Shown here in pieces: positions 13,326 through 14,154 of a stretch of DNA of 14,154 bases; the stretch's first letter is position 1, and each line of letters begins with the position of its first letter. Both the position numbers and the translations under genes were made by a program. Origin of the DNA: a virus (Duplodnaviria; Heunggongvirae; Uroviricota; Caudoviricetes); IMG/VR virus record IMGVR_UViG_3300022594_000256, positions 67,368 through 81,521 of that record; one strand, given 5' to 3'. The notes below the pieces were generated by a model. It saw nothing but the letters and a program-made list of their open reading frames with translations, was not told the DNA's origin and made no database searches.

Positions 13326-14154
13326 TTATGCTCCTAAGAAGTGTTGAATAATTTCGTAGTGGTCTTCAAAGCACTCTTCGCTACGAACTTCTGCAATAGG
13401 AACCCAACGTGCTTTTTCTGCATCATCACTGCCTTTTACTTTAGGCAAGTCACCATCCGGTAATTGAATATGAAATGCATGTGTAATAATGCGTCCACGT
13501 GGGCTACGATCAATAGCGTCAAATACTTTGCTACGTTGAATGTTACCACGTAGTACTGGAGCAGGAACTTTGATTTGTGTTTCTTCACGAAGTTCGCGAA
13601 TAGCAGCATCTTCCACTGACTTGTCAGTATTAGCGTTTACATATCCGCCTGGCAATGCCCACAATCCCTTACCTGGCTCAGCACGGCGCTTAATAAGCAA
13701 GATGTGTCCGCTTTGGATCACAACAGCATCGGCAGTACTGAAGATTGGAGGATAAGGCAAACTTGCGTATTGCTTTTTGTAGTTAATCACAAACTCACGT
13801 TCGCGAATGATTTGTTCGTATGCTGGTTCGGCTCTAAAAGCTCTAAGAAAATCAAAAGTAGTTTCTGGAACAACACCTTTGATAAAGCTCATGTTCACAT
13901 CACGCTTGAAGAACAAGTCACGAATATTTACGGCTGAAAGAAATTCGATAAGTTCTACATCCTCAAAGTCCCATTGTGGAAACATGTCTAAGTAGAAAGA
14001 ACTGTCGTCTTTCTTGTGTCCAATAATACCTACACGATCACCGCCTTTAGTGTGCTTGGCTACAAGAGCTTGCACACGAACTGCCCATGCTTGATCGTTG
14101 TAAATGGTATCTGGGTTAGATTCGATAGCAATACGCATACTCAATCCGCCTGTT
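13326..14154 (-). CDS. nadM: Bifunctional NMN adenylyltransferase / Nudix ADP-ribose pyrophosphatase (NadM-Nudix, NatV-like), N-terminus off the right edge
   Basis: NMNAT C-terminal part (YNDQAW, IIGHKKDDSSFYL..FPQW, LSAVNIRD) fused to a Nudix domain (STADAVVIQSGHILLIKR, WALPGG..AAIRELREET, RSPRGRIITHA, GSDDAEKARW). The frame stays open to the window end, so the track start at 14144 is internal. Confidence 0.93.
   Translation of the reverse strand, partial: TGGLSMRIAIESNPDTIYNDQAWAVRVQALVAKHTKGGDRVGIIGHKKDDSSFYLDMFPQWDFEDVELIEFLSAVNIRDLFFKRDVNMSFIKGVVPETTFDFLRAFRAEPAYEQIIREREFVINYKKQYASLPYPPIFSTADAVVIQSGHILLIKRRAEPGKGLWALPGGYVNANTDKSVEDAAIRELREETQIKVPAPVLRGNIQRSKVFDAIDRSPRGRIITHAFHIQLPDGDLPKVKGSDDAEKARWVPIAEVRSEECFEDHYEIIQHFLGA

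Noticed and set aside
6485-13937. Same-strand alternative-frame ORFs (6485, 7782, 8328, 8943, 9503, 10058, 11694, 11901, 12240, 13704)
   Set aside because: They are nested in longer genes with conserved motifs or better SD/promoter support. No slippery site or translation signal was found to support dual coding.
14142-14144. Track start MSMRIA for the NadM-Nudix gene
   Set aside because: The frame is open to the window edge and the N-terminal HxGH nucleotidyltransferase motif is missing, so the real start lies outside the window.
1-14154. Stop-codon reassignment (no gene ends in TAG)
   Set aside because: All genes are full length in the standard code with no in-frame TAG or TGA. Absence of TAG among 16 stops is unremarkable in AT-rich DNA.
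1-14154. tRNA, rRNA, CRISPR arrays, introns, inteins, transposases
   Set aside because: Intergenic gaps are short and accounted for by promoters and terminators. No repeat-spacer pattern or cloverleaf was seen, and protein lengths fit uninterrupted family members.

Overview
This window looks like part of a large lytic dsDNA phage genome with T4-like gene content (rIIA/rIIB, PNK-type kinase, a TATAAATA late-promoter motif). All credible genes are on the minus strand, in the standard code, and tightly packed. Read in transcription order (right to left) there are three blocks. (1) 14154-5927 is an early/host-takeover block: NadM-Nudix (NMNAT plus ADP-ribose pyrophosphatase, cut by the window edge), a 50-aa membrane ORF, a macro domain, NAMPT, an AAA+ ATPase, two small hypotheticals, rIIA, rIIB and a P-loop kinase. 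It carries five near-consensus sigma70 promoters and ends at an intrinsic terminator. (2) 5807-4683 is a fibre-like virion protein with an Mtd_N-type N-terminus. (3) 4644-1 is an AT-rich, translationally coupled enzyme operon: three divergent Fe(II)/2OG-type oxygenases, a cobalamin-dependent radical SAM enzyme, an SGNH-type hydrolase and a TauD-family dioxygenase (cut by the window edge, missing from the ORF track). The best candidate for an undescribed system is block 3, a phage-borne tailoring cluster. Its first start codon is buried in a 17-bp hairpin whose loop holds a T4-type late promoter, and it sits directly behind a fibre gene. A structured leader in front of NAMPT and promoter/hairpin overlaps in block 1 also merit follow-up. 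Family calls come from motifs recognised by eye. No database search or folding program was run.
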